Assembly (NCBI GenBank): GCA_001796865.1
Contig: MGNQ01000019.1
Location: forward strand, 4,472 to 54,726
From: Chloroflexi bacterium RBG_16_56_11
GTDB taxonomy: Bacteria; Chloroflexota; Dehalococcoidia; Dehalococcoidales; RBG-16-60-22
DNA: 50,255 bases
Direction of reading: 5' to 3'
In this document: piece by piece, positions 9,134-17,337 of the stretch
Position numbering within the stretch: position 1 is the first letter of the stretch
Layout: each line of letters opens with the position of its first letter
The notes under the pieces: model-generated
What the model was told of the DNA's origin: nothing
The model's input: the letters and a program-made list of their open reading frames with translations, nothing else
Database searches by the model: none
Position numbers and translations under genes: made by a program

Positions 9134-9898
9134 ATGGCGGGATTGTTCCAGGGTAAGGTCGCCGTGGTGACCGGCGCCGGGCTGGGGCTGGGAAGGGCGG
9201 CGGCGATGGCTTTCGCGCGTGAAGGCGCCAGGGTCGTCGTCGCCGATATCGACAGCAAGAATGGTCAGCTGACCGTCGACGCGATTAAAAAGGCCGGCGG
9301 CGAGGCTATGTTCATCAAGACCGACGTTTCCAGGGAAGCCGATGTTGCGGCGATGGTGGACAAGACCGTGGCAGACTACGGGCGGCTGGACTGCGCTCAC
9401 AACAACGTCGGCATAGAAGAGCTGCCCCACCCCATCACCGAGGGCACCGAGGAGCAGTGGTACCGCCTCGTGGACGTGGACCTGAAGGGCATCTGGCTCT
9501 GCCTGAAACACGAGATAAAATACATGGAAAATCACGGCGGCGGGTCCATCGTGAATACTTCATCGATTGCCGGGCTCATCGGGGCGCCGGGCCAGGCAAT
9601 CTATTCCGCCTGCAAGTGGGGGGTCAATGGCCTGACGAAGTCGGCGGCGGCGGACTACGCCAAGAAGGGCATCCGCGTGAACTCCGTCTGTCCCGCCGGT
9701 ATGAAGGGTACTGGATTTTACAAGCGGATGCTCGCGAACCAGCCTGGCATGGCGGAAGCGGTGGTGAGAATGGTGCCCCTGGGCAGGGACTCGGAGCCGG
9801 AAGAAATCGCCGAGGCGGTGATATGGCTCTGCTCAGACCGGGCCTCCTATGTCACCGGGGCAGTCATGCCCATCGACGGCGGCTTCACCGTCTCGTAG
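9134..9898 (+). CDS. SDR family oxidoreductase
   Basis: ATG at 9134 after AGGAGG. Contains TGAGLGLGRA (the TGxxxGxG motif), NNVG and the catalytic Y-x3-K (YSACKWG). Confidence 0.9.
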   Translation: MAGLFQGKVAVVTGAGLGLGRAAAMAFAREGARVVVADIDSKNGQLTVDAIKKAGGEAMFIKTDVSREADVAAMVDKTVADYGRLDCAHNNVGIEELPHPITEGTEEQWYRLVDVDLKGIWLCLKHEIKYMENHGGGSIVNTSSIAGLIGAPGQAIYSACKWGVNGLTKSAAADYAKKGIRVNSVCPAGMKGTGFYKRMLANQPGMAEAVVRMVPLGRDSEPEEIAEAVIWLCSDRASYVTGAVMPIDGGFTVS

Positions 9899-10041
9899 CG
9901 GCCACCGGCGAGTGAGCTAGCAACTCAGGCCGGACATTACGTATCCGTCCGCGGCGTTGCTTCAGAGTATCCGGCGATAGCAGCGCTGGTAATGACACGG
10001 GAGACCGTTATAAAATCAGCGAGGAGAAAGGAACCGGGGAG

Positions 10042-11466
10042 ATGGCTGGCATTCGATCCATCGGTGTTTACCTGCCGATATACAGGTTACCCCGCGAAGA
10101 GATAGCCAGGGCATGGGCGGGAAGGAGCATGGCCGGCACTAAAGCCGTGGCCGGCTATGACGAGGACGCCGTGACCATGGCAGCGGCGACCACGCTGGAA
10201 TGCCTGGCCAGGCGCGGAGACAAAGCTGACGGCCTTTTCCTGGCGACGACCACCGCTCCGTACAAGGAGAAGCAGTCCGCGGCAATTATCGCCAGCGTTA
10301 CCGACCTTCCCGAGGCGTGCCATACCGCCGACTTCACCGACTCGCTCAGGTCGACGACGATAGCCATAAAAGCCGCCATCGAGGCGGTCAAGGCCGGCTC
10401 GGCGAAAAACGTGATTGTGGCGGCATCCGACTGCCGTCCCGCCGCCGCCAAAGGTGCGCTGGAACTGGCCCTGGGCGATGGCGCGGCCGCGGTGATGATA
10501 GGCTCGGAAGACGTCATCGCCGAGGTTGAGGGCAGCTATTCGATATTCAACGACTTTACCGACTACTGGCGGACGGCTGACGATACGTTTGTCCGCACCA
10601 CCGAAGGGCGTTTCATCGACGAGGTCGGCTACCTCCCCGCAATGCAGTCGGCCGTTTCCGGCCTGCTGAAAAAATACAAGCTCGCGCTGGCAGACTTTAC
10701 CAGAGTGGTCTATTATGCCAGCGACACCCGCCAGCACGCCGCCCTGGCCCGACGTCTCAAGCTCGACAAGGCGCAGGTGCAGGACCCCCTCTATAACGAA
10801 ATCGGCAACACCGGGACGGCAGCGGCACTCCTCATGCTCACCGCGGCTCTGGAAAAGGCCAGACCCGGCGACCGTATTCTCTTCGCCGGCTACGGCGACG
10901 GTTGCGATTGTTTTATCCTCCGCATCACCGATGAAATCAAGAAAGTCCAGAATAAACCGCCTATCTCACCAAAGCTGTCCGGAAAAATTAACATTAGCTA
11001 CGGGCAGTACCTTACCTGGCGCAATCTCATCCCCGCCGAAGCCTCGACACTGCCGGAGCGCCCGCCCATCTCCCTGCCGGGGCGCTGGCGGGAGCGGCGG
11101 GCGATTGCCGCCCTCTACGGGGCCAGGTGCAAAAAGTGCGGCACCCCCCAGATTTCGCAGATAGGGCAGGCCCCGCGGGTGTGCGTCCAGTGCCAGGCCA
11201 AAGACGAGTTCGAGCCATATAAGTTTTCCGATAAAAAAGGGAAGCTGTTCAGCTACGCCATCGACCAGCTCCAGCCGACCCTCAATCCGCCCGGCGTTAA
11301 CGGGGTCGTCGACTTCGAGGGGGGAGGGCGGCTGATATGCGAGTTGACCGACTGCGAGATTGACAAAGTGGCAGTGGGCATGCCATTGGAGATGACCTTC
11401 CGGAAGATGTTTTCCAGCCGGGGCATCAACAACTATTTCTGGAAGGCTAAGCCAGTCTCTGAATAA
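10042..11466 (+). CDS. HMG-CoA synthase/KAS-III-like thiolase-fold domain fused to a C-terminal DUF35-type zinc-ribbon/OB-fold domain
   Basis: The N-terminus IGVYLPIYRLPREEIARAWAG...GYDEDAVTMAAAT resembles the HMGCS family. The C-terminus carries CKKCGTPQ...CVQCQ (a four-Cys ribbon) followed by an OB-like segment, KGKLFSYAIDQ...GMPLEMTFRK. Confidence 0.75.
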   Translation: MAGIRSIGVYLPIYRLPREEIARAWAGRSMAGTKAVAGYDEDAVTMAAATTLECLARRGDKADGLFLATTTAPYKEKQSAAIIASVTDLPEACHTADFTDSLRSTTIAIKAAIEAVKAGSAKNVIVAASDCRPAAAKGALELALGDGAAAVMIGSEDVIAEVEGSYSIFNDFTDYWRTADDTFVRTTEGRFIDEVGYLPAMQSAVSGLLKKYKLALADFTRVVYYASDTRQHAALARRLKLDKAQVQDPLYNEIGNTGTAAALLMLTAALEKARPGDRILFAGYGDGCDCFILRITDEIKKVQNKPPISPKLSGKINISYGQYLTWRNLIPAEASTLPERPPISLPGRWRERRAIAALYGARCKKCGTPQISQIGQAPRVCVQCQAKDEFEPYKFSDKKGKLFSYAIDQLQPTLNPPGVNGVVDFEGGGRLICELTDCEIDKVAVGMPLEMTFRKMFSSRGINNYFWKAKPVSE

Positions 11467-11473
11467 TACATTA

Positions 11474-11500
11474 TGTCATTCCAGCCTTCGCTGGAATCCA
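11474..11500. repeat. Short hairpin repeat 'gtcattccagccttcgctggaatcc' immediately after the stop codon (possible terminator)
   Basis: 8-bp stem attccagc / gctggaat with the loop cttc. No downstream T-run. Confidence 0.5.
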
Positions 11501-11518
11501 GCGGGTAAGAGGAGGGGG

Positions 11519-11596
11519 GTCATTGCGAGCGTAGCGAAGCAATCCGCTACCCGTGAAAACGGATTGTTTCGGCATTCCATGCCTCGCCATGACAAC
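11519..11596. repeat. Palindromic intergenic repeat, 'gtcattgcgag' family (copy 2, degenerate right arm)
   Basis: gtcattgcgagcgtagcgaagcaatccgct...ggattgtttcggcattccatgcctcgccatgac. Confidence 0.8.
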
Positions 11597-11615
11597 TTGC
11601 TTTAGGAGGCCAATC

Positions 11616-12806
11616 ATGGACGGCATTAAGGATAAAGTCGCTATCGTGGGCATGGGCTGCACGAAGTTCGGGGAGCGCTGGGACAAAGGCGTGGAAGACC
11701 TCATCGTCGAGGCCGCCTACGAGGCCTTCGAAGACGCGGGAATCGGGCCAAAAGACGTCCAGGCCGCCTGGATAGGAACGGTCTTTTCCGGCCTCAGCGC
11801 TATCACGCTATCGCCGCTACAGCTGCAGTACATACCCATGACCCGCGTCGAGAACATGTGCGCCACCGGGTCGGAGGCGCTGAGGGCGGCGAGCTACGCC
11901 GTGGCCGCCGGCGTCTGCGATATCGCCCTGGCCGTGGGCGTGGAGAAGCTCAAAGACTCCGGTGCCACCGGCGTCAAGGGACCGAGCGTCGTCGGAGATA
12001 ACCAGGACGGCAGCTCGGGCATCGGGCCGGGCTACAGCGCCCCGGCCTCCTTCGCTTATATGGCGACCCGCTATTTCCACGAATACAATCTCAAGCCCGA
12101 AGAGGGGAAAAGACTGCTGGCGCAGATCGCTGTCAAGAACCACCACAACGGCAGCCTCAACCCCAAGGCCCATTTCCAGAACGAGCTGACCATCGAGCAG
12201 GTGGTCAACGCCCCGATTATCGCCTGGCCCCTGGGCCTTTTCGACTGTTGCGGCGTCAGCGACGGCGCCGCCGTGGCCGTCGTCACCCGTGCCGACATAG
12301 CGAAAAGTTTTCGCAAGGACCCTATCTATATCAAGGCTATGCAGATAAACGTCGGGGCTAGACAAGGCGCGATGAGGCAGGACTACGACTTCGTCCACAT
12401 CGAGGAGAACGTACTCGGCTCCCGCAAGGCCTACGCCGAGGCCGGCGTGAAAAACCCGCGCCAGGAGATAAGCCTGGCCGAGGTGCACGACTGTTTCAGC
12501 ATCCACGAGATGATTGTCTACGAAGACCTTGGGTTCAGTCCGCGGGGCCGGGCGCGTGATGACATCGAGGCCGGGACGTTCACCCTCAAGGGCGACCTGC
12601 CGGTGAATACCGACGGCGGCCTGAAGTGCTTCGGGCACCCGCTGGGGGCGAGCGGGCTGAGGATGATGTACGAGGTCTATAAGCAGCTCCAGGGCAAGGC
12701 CGGGCCGCGGCAGGTGAAAAACCCGCGCCTGGGACTGACCCATAACCTGGGCGGCAACGCCGGGACGGGCATTTGCAGCTGCTTCATCGTGGGCAACGAG
12801 AAGTAA
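11616..12806 (+). CDS. SCP-x/nonspecific lipid-transfer-type thiolase (acetyl-CoA acetyltransferase-like)
   Basis: ATG at 11616 after TAGGAGG. Contains KVAIVGMGCTKFGE, the catalytic-Cys context NMCATGS and the C-terminal GHPLGASG motif. Confidence 0.85.
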   Translation: MDGIKDKVAIVGMGCTKFGERWDKGVEDLIVEAAYEAFEDAGIGPKDVQAAWIGTVFSGLSAITLSPLQLQYIPMTRVENMCATGSEALRAASYAVAAGVCDIALAVGVEKLKDSGATGVKGPSVVGDNQDGSSGIGPGYSAPASFAYMATRYFHEYNLKPEEGKRLLAQIAVKNHHNGSLNPKAHFQNELTIEQVVNAPIIAWPLGLFDCCGVSDGAAVAVVTRADIAKSFRKDPIYIKAMQINVGARQGAMRQDYDFVHIEENVLGSRKAYAEAGVKNPRQEISLAEVHDCFSIHEMIVYEDLGFSPRGRARDDIEAGTFTLKGDLPVNTDGGLKCFGHPLGASGLRMMYEVYKQLQGKAGPRQVKNPRLGLTHNLGGNAGTGICSCFIVGNEK

Positions 12807-12825
12807 AGTTTTCAAATGTTTTTAT

Positions 12826-12915
12826 TACCTCTCCCTTGAGGGGAGAGGCTAGGTGAGGGTGAAATGATGAATCTGCCCCTCGCCTTATTCCTTTCCCACG
12901 AGGGGAGAGGAGAAC
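12826..12915. repeat. Intergenic 'cctctcccttgaggggagagg' hairpin repeat pair
   Basis: cctctccc-ttga-ggggagagg is followed by a second, degenerate copy, cctttccc-acga-ggggagagg. Confidence 0.7.
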
Positions 12916-12951
12916 ATATGTTGGCACTCTAAGTGAGGAGGTACTCCTGAA

Positions 12952-14166
12952 ATGAAAATGGCTCTGGAAGGTATCAGGGTGCTGGACGTCAGCGAGGCGG
13001 GGCTGGCGCCGGTGTGCTGCCGTATCCTGGCGGACATGGGGGCGGAGGTCATCAAGGTGGAGCGGACGGAGAGCGGTGACCAGACCCGGGGTATTTTAAA
13101 AATAAGCGGCAACGTGCCGGTTTATGATATCAACTACGTCTTCGAGTTCTATAATTTCAATAAAAAGGGTATCACACTTGACCTCAAGCAGAAGGAAGGC
13201 CGCCAGATTCTCCATAAACTCGTGGAAAAGTCGGACGTCTTCGTGTGTAACTTCCGGCCGCATGCCCTCAAAAGCCTGGAGCTGGAATACCAGACCATCT
13301 CGAAAATAAACCCACGCATCATTTACACCCATCTCAGCGGCTACGGGCTCCACGGGCCGGAGAAAGACGTCGGCGCTTACGACTTCGTCGGCTACTGGGC
13401 GCGCAGCGGGGTGATGGCCTCGCTGGGAGAGCCGGGCACGCCCCTGCCCTTCCAGGTCCCCGGCTTCGGCGACAACACCACCGGCATGTACGCCGCCTGC
13501 GCTATCATGATGGCCCTTTTCCACCGGGAGCGCACCGGTGAAGGCCAGGAGGTCTGCGTCTCCCTCATCGGCGGGGGGATATGGTCGATGGGCATCGTGC
13601 TGTCTTCCGTGCTGGCCACCGGACTAGAATATCCCCGCGTCTCGCGGACGTGCCAGAGCAATCCCATTTTCAACAGCTACGAGTGCGCCGACGGGAAATG
13701 GCTGCAAATGGCCTGCATCCAGGGCGACCGCTACTGGAGTGGCGTCTGCAAGGCGCTGGAGCTGGGCAAGCTGGAAAACGATCCGCGTTTTGAGACGCAT
13801 GAAAAGCGGATGAAAAACAACCTGGCTTTAATCCCCATTCTCGATAAGGTATTCAAGTCGAAACCGATCGATGAATGGGCCAAACGGCTGGCTAAAGAGA
13901 ATGTCATCTGGACAGTGGTCAAGACGCCCGCCGAAGTGGCCGCCGACCCCACCCCCTGGGCAGACGGCTATTTCCGGGAAATCGACCACCCCTCCGGTAA
14001 AAAGCTCAAGATGATTACGCCGCCCTGGCAGTTCAGCCGGACCCCGCCGACCATCAGGAGTACCGCACCGGAGTTCGGCCAGCACACCGAGGAAGTGCTC
14101 ACCGGCGTCCTCGGTTATAGCTGGGATGAGATTACAGCATTAAAAGACAAAGGGGTGATAGCCTGA
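12952..14166 (+). CDS. Family III CoA-transferase (CaiB/BaiF family)
   Basis: RBS GAGGAGGT. The N-terminus GIRVLDVSEAGLAPVCCRILADMGAEVIKVER is canonical for family III CoA-transferases. Confidence 0.9.
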   Translation: MKMALEGIRVLDVSEAGLAPVCCRILADMGAEVIKVERTESGDQTRGILKISGNVPVYDINYVFEFYNFNKKGITLDLKQKEGRQILHKLVEKSDVFVCNFRPHALKSLELEYQTISKINPRIIYTHLSGYGLHGPEKDVGAYDFVGYWARSGVMASLGEPGTPLPFQVPGFGDNTTGMYAACAIMMALFHRERTGEGQEVCVSLIGGGIWSMGIVLSSVLATGLEYPRVSRTCQSNPIFNSYECADGKWLQMACIQGDRYWSGVCKALELGKLENDPRFETHEKRMKNNLALIPILDKVFKSKPIDEWAKRLAKENVIWTVVKTPAEVAADPTPWADGYFREIDHPSGKKLKMITPPWQFSRTPPTIRSTAPEFGQHTEEVLTGVLGYSWDEITALKDKGVIA

Positions 14167-14186
14167 TTTCATTAACGATATAAACA

Positions 14187-14640
14187 CTGTCATTCTGGAG
14201 CGAAGCGAAGAATCCGGTGGGTGGGTGGTCGGATAGTGCCATGACAATCTAAAAACACAGAGGACTAATGAAAGAGTATTATGTATATATCCTGTCTAAT
14301 AAACGCGGAACTTTATATACCGGTGTCACCAGCGACTAGAGCAACGTATTTATCAGCACAAGAACAAGTCAATCGAAGGTTTTACCAAAAGATATAATAT
14401 TACCGGGCTGGTGTATTTTGAGTCCAGCAGTGATGTGACCGTAGCCATTGCGAGAGAAAAGCAAATAAAAGGCCTGCTTAGAAGCAAAAAGATAGAGTTG
14501 ATAAAGACGATGAACCCAAAGTGGGAAGATTTAAGTGAAGCCTGGTTTGGAACCGATGTGAATAAACAGCCACTCACCACTTCCAGATTCTTCGTCCCCC
14601 AGTAGGTATACGGGGTAACTGAGGGACTCCAGAATGACAG
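14187..14640. mobile_element. Palindromic repeat whose two arms enclose a GIY-YIG nuclease gene
   Basis: Left arm: ctgtcattctggagcgaagcgaagaatcc (14187-14215). Right arm: agattcttcg...ctccagaatgacag (14585-14640). In the related short element at 43670-43775, homologous arms are only tens of nt apart. Confidence 0.6.
14268..14605 (+). pseudogene. GIY-YIG nuclease family gene (small UPF0213/COG2827-like), disrupted by a 1-nt frameshift
   Basis: ATG at 14268 gives MKEYYVYILSNKRGTLYTGVTSD and then TAG at 14337. The next frame continues LEQRIYQHKNKSIEGFTKRYNITGLVYFESSSDVTVAIAREKQIKGLLRSKKIELI.... Together the two pieces form a complete GIY-YIG domain if one base is restored. Confidence 0.8.
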
Positions 14641-14735
14641 TTTCCCGATAACTTTATAACAAGGAATCTTGAGCCAGTAAAAAGTATCAAATATACCTGC
14701 CAAGAAGTTGGTCTTGATCAACAAGGAGGCACCCG

Positions 14736-15674
14736 ATGGGAGAGCTACTGAAAGGTAAGGTGGCGGCGGTGACCGGGGCCGGGAAGGGTATCGGCCGGGC
14801 GGAAGCCATCGGCCTGGCGGCCCAGGGGGCGAAGGTCGTGGTCAACGACCTGGGCACGGCGGTCGACGGCAAGGGGACGTCGCACGGCCCGGCGGAAGAG
14901 GTCATCGCCGAGATAAAAAAGGCCGGCGGCGAGGCCGTACCCAGCTACGATAGTGTCGCTACACCCGAAGGGGCGGAAGCCATTGTAAAAAAAGCGGTCG
15001 ACGCCTTCGGGCGCCTCGACGTGCTGGTCAATAACGCCGGGTTCAATCGCGACCGCATGGTCTACAACACCACCGATGAAGAGTGGGAATCGGTGATAAA
15101 AACGAACCTCAACGGGACGTTCTACTGCACCCGGGCAGCCTGCCGGGTAATGCGGCAGCAGAACTACGGGCGTATCATCAATACCTCATCCCACGCCGGG
15201 CTCGGCAATATGGGCCAGGCCAACTACTCCGCCGCCAAGGAAGGGATAGTCGGCCTGACGCGGACGGTCGCCCGGGACATGGGACGCTATGGCGTCACCT
15301 GCAACGTCATCCGCCCGGTGGCCGGCACGCGGGGTTTTATCGAGATGGTCCAGGAGAAAGGCCTCAAGGACGCCTGGGCCAAGATGTGGGGCGCCGAGGT
15401 AGCAGAGAGAAGACTGAAACAGATGTTGGAGCTCAACATGCCGGAAGATATCGCCTCCCTGGCCGTTTACCTCGCCAGCGAGAAGGCGGATAATGTCAAC
15501 GGATGCGTCTTCGAGGTGTGGCACGGGCACGTCGGCATCTATGTCGATCCCCCGCCCGTGGAGCAGGTGCTGTGGAAGGACGGCCGCTGGACGCCGGAAG
15601 AGCTGGCGGAGACCATGCCGGCGACGCTGACCCGGGGCAAGGTCCGGGAGCTGCCGCCGATATTCCCATTTTAG
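14736..15674 (+). CDS. SDR family oxidoreductase with a C-terminal extension (MFE-2-type 3-hydroxyacyl-CoA dehydrogenase-like)
   Basis: RBS AAGGAGG. Contains TGAGKGIGRA, NNAG and YSAAKEG. The ~60-aa C-terminal tail extends beyond the classical SDR length. Confidence 0.85.
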   Translation: MGELLKGKVAAVTGAGKGIGRAEAIGLAAQGAKVVVNDLGTAVDGKGTSHGPAEEVIAEIKKAGGEAVPSYDSVATPEGAEAIVKKAVDAFGRLDVLVNNAGFNRDRMVYNTTDEEWESVIKTNLNGTFYCTRAACRVMRQQNYGRIINTSSHAGLGNMGQANYSAAKEGIVGLTRTVARDMGRYGVTCNVIRPVAGTRGFIEMVQEKGLKDAWAKMWGAEVAERRLKQMLELNMPEDIASLAVYLASEKADNVNGCVFEVWHGHVGIYVDPPPVEQVLWKDGRWTPEELAETMPATLTRGKVRELPPIFPF

Positions 15675-15690
15675 GTGCATGGTACCTCAT

Positions 15691-15767
15691 GTCATTGCGA
15701 GGAGCGTAGCGACGAAGCAATCCGCTATCAGAGAAAACCGGATTGTTTCGCTACCACTCGCAATGAC
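15691..15767. repeat. Palindromic intergenic repeat, 'gtcattgcgag' family (copy 3)
   Basis: gtcattgcgaggagcgtagcgacgaagcaatccgct...ggattgtttcgctaccactcgcaatgac. Confidence 0.85.
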
Positions 15768-15813
15768 AAGTTATGAAGTGATTTAGAATCATGATTTTTT
15801 CAGGAGGGCAACG

Positions 15814-16212
15814 GTGTTAAAGAAAATCGACCACATCGCTATCGTCGTCAAGGACGTGGATAAGGCGGTGAAGTCATACTCCGAGATGTTCGGCTTCAAA
15901 GCGGGGGAAAAGAGGCCGGGCCCTGGCGGCGAATTTATTTCCATGATGATGGCCATCGGCGATATGCGGGTTGAGCTGTTTCAGCCCTTGAAGCCGGGCA
16001 GCCATATGAGATTCCTCGAAGAAAAAGGCGGTGGCCTGCACCATATATCCTTCGCTACCGATGATATCATCAAGGACTTAAAAACGTTAAAAACCCAAGG
16101 TAGAAAACTCCAGAATGAAGAGCCGATGTCTCTGCCTAATGGCGATAAAGTAGCTTTCGTGCACCCGAGTGCAGCGGAGAACGTGCTCATTGAGCTGGTG
16201 CAGAGAGGGTAG
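15814..16212 (+). CDS. VOC-fold protein, methylmalonyl-CoA epimerase-like
   Basis: GTG start after CAGGAGGG. Contains IDHIAIVVKDVDKAVKSYSEMFGF and GGLHHISF, which are typical of the epimerase/glyoxalase fold. Confidence 0.8.
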   Translation: MLKKIDHIAIVVKDVDKAVKSYSEMFGFKAGEKRPGPGGEFISMMMAIGDMRVELFQPLKPGSHMRFLEEKGGGLHHISFATDDIIKDLKTLKTQGRKLQNEEPMSLPNGDKVAFVHPSAAENVLIELVQRG

Positions 16213-16220
16213 TACAGACT

Positions 16221-16306
16221 GTCATGGCGAGGAGCGCAGCGACGCGGCAATCTCAATCACCGGTTTAATTCTATCGTAGGGATTGCCACGCTTCGCTCGC
16301 AATGAC
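16221..16306. repeat. Palindromic intergenic repeat, 'gtcattgcgag' family (copy 4)
   Basis: gtcatggcgaggagcgcagcgacgcggcaatc...gattgccacgcttcgctcgcaatgac. This copy is flanked by 33-nt direct repeats at 16171-16203 and 16321-16353. Confidence 0.85.
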
Positions 16307-16370
16307 AACCCTTTTCCCGCGCTGCGGAGAACGTGCTCATTGAGCTGGTGCAGCGGGGCTGACGTCCGCC

Positions 16371-16883
16371 TCAGATGAACCTTTCGAAGCGCTCTTTCTT
16401 CGCCTTGCAGATGGGACAGACCTCCGGCGGACCATCCCGGGCGCACAGATAGCCGCAGACGCGGCAGCGCCACACCGGCAGGGGTAGCGATTTCAACGTG
16501 GACCCAGGTTTGGCAACCTCTTTCTTGACTCTCTTTCCACGGGGCAGCCGGCGCTCGGGTATCGAGCCGGCCCTTTTCTTCCCCTCGAACACGTCCCGGG
16601 AGACGTAGAGACTACAATAGCACGCATCGTAGTCGGTAAGGTCAGGGTCGCGATAGTCGCAGGGGCAGATGATGTCCAGGTCTTCGTCCTTGTCGCCAGA
16701 GGCCAGGCGGCAGGGGCAGGCCCAGTACCCGTACCTTTTTTCGTTGACGAGCAGGCCCTTGACCAGCTCCCGGGTCATGCCCGCATCAGGATTGAGGTGG
16801 TAGCCGCCGGACTCCGCCTCGGAGTCCAGCCGCCGATACAGCCGCTCGACCTCGTCCGCCGAAACGTCCACGCGGTCGTTCAT
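16371..16883 (-). CDS. Ferredoxin:thioredoxin reductase catalytic-subunit-like domain fused to a C-terminal rubredoxin-type zinc/iron ribbon
   Basis: The spacing CPCRLASG...ICPC...CYC matches the FTR catalytic chain. The C-terminus reads WRCRVCGY...[12 protein letters not shown] 4-nt ATGA overlap links it to the upstream glutaredoxin-like gene. Confidence 0.8.
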   Translation of the reverse strand: MNDRVDVSADEVERLYRRLDSEAESGGYHLNPDAGMTRELVKGLLVNEKRYGYWACPCRLASGDKDEDLDIICPCDYRDPDLTDYDACYCSLYVSRDVFEGKKRAGSIPERRLPRGKRVKKEVAKPGSTLKSLPLPVWRCRVCGYLCARDGPPEVCPICKAKKERFERFI

Positions 16884-17164
16884 TTACCGAGGGCCTTCCT
16901 GATTTCTTCTTCCCGGAACCCGACGATGCACAGTTTGCCGTCGATTACCATCGTGGGGAAATTGCACTCCGGATTGAACTTCTTGACTACCTTCATGGCT
17001 TCTTCCTGCTCCGCGCCGCGCAGCAGGTCGACGTCCGTATAATCATATTCCACGCTCATAACATTGAGGAGCTCCTTGGTCTTTTTACACCAACCGCAGG
17101 TGCTCAGGGCGTAAAGTACTACTTTTCTCCCCTTTTTGTTGCCGGCGACATGTTTCATGGTCAT
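16880..17164 (-). CDS. Glutaredoxin/thioredoxin-fold protein (CGWC active site)
   Basis: Contains [19 protein letters not shown] and the NFPTMVIDG motif. Confidence 0.8.
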   Translation of the reverse strand: MTMKHVAGNKKGRKVVLYALSTCGWCKKTKELLNVMSVEYDYTDVDLLRGAEQEEAMKVVKKFNPECNFPTMVIDGKLCIVGFREEEIRKALGK

Positions 17165-17337
17165 GCTTTATATTTCTCCTGCTCTTTAATATCATATTTA
17201 GCCTTAATCCCTATTCTAACATATTTATCACGGCGGGACTCGGCCAGGAACTGTGATGACATTTGTGAGTTTCCCCGGTCCTGTTGGCGCTGGTTGACTG
17301 CCAAGACTTCCCCCTGTTTTCAAACACTCCTTCAGCC

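Noticed and set aside
14337-14339. Programmed frameshift or stop-codon readthrough in the GIY-YIG gene
   Set aside because: There is no slippery heptamer or stimulatory structure at the site. A simple 1-nt deletion, or a sequencing error, explains the break, so it is called a pseudogene pending read-level verification.
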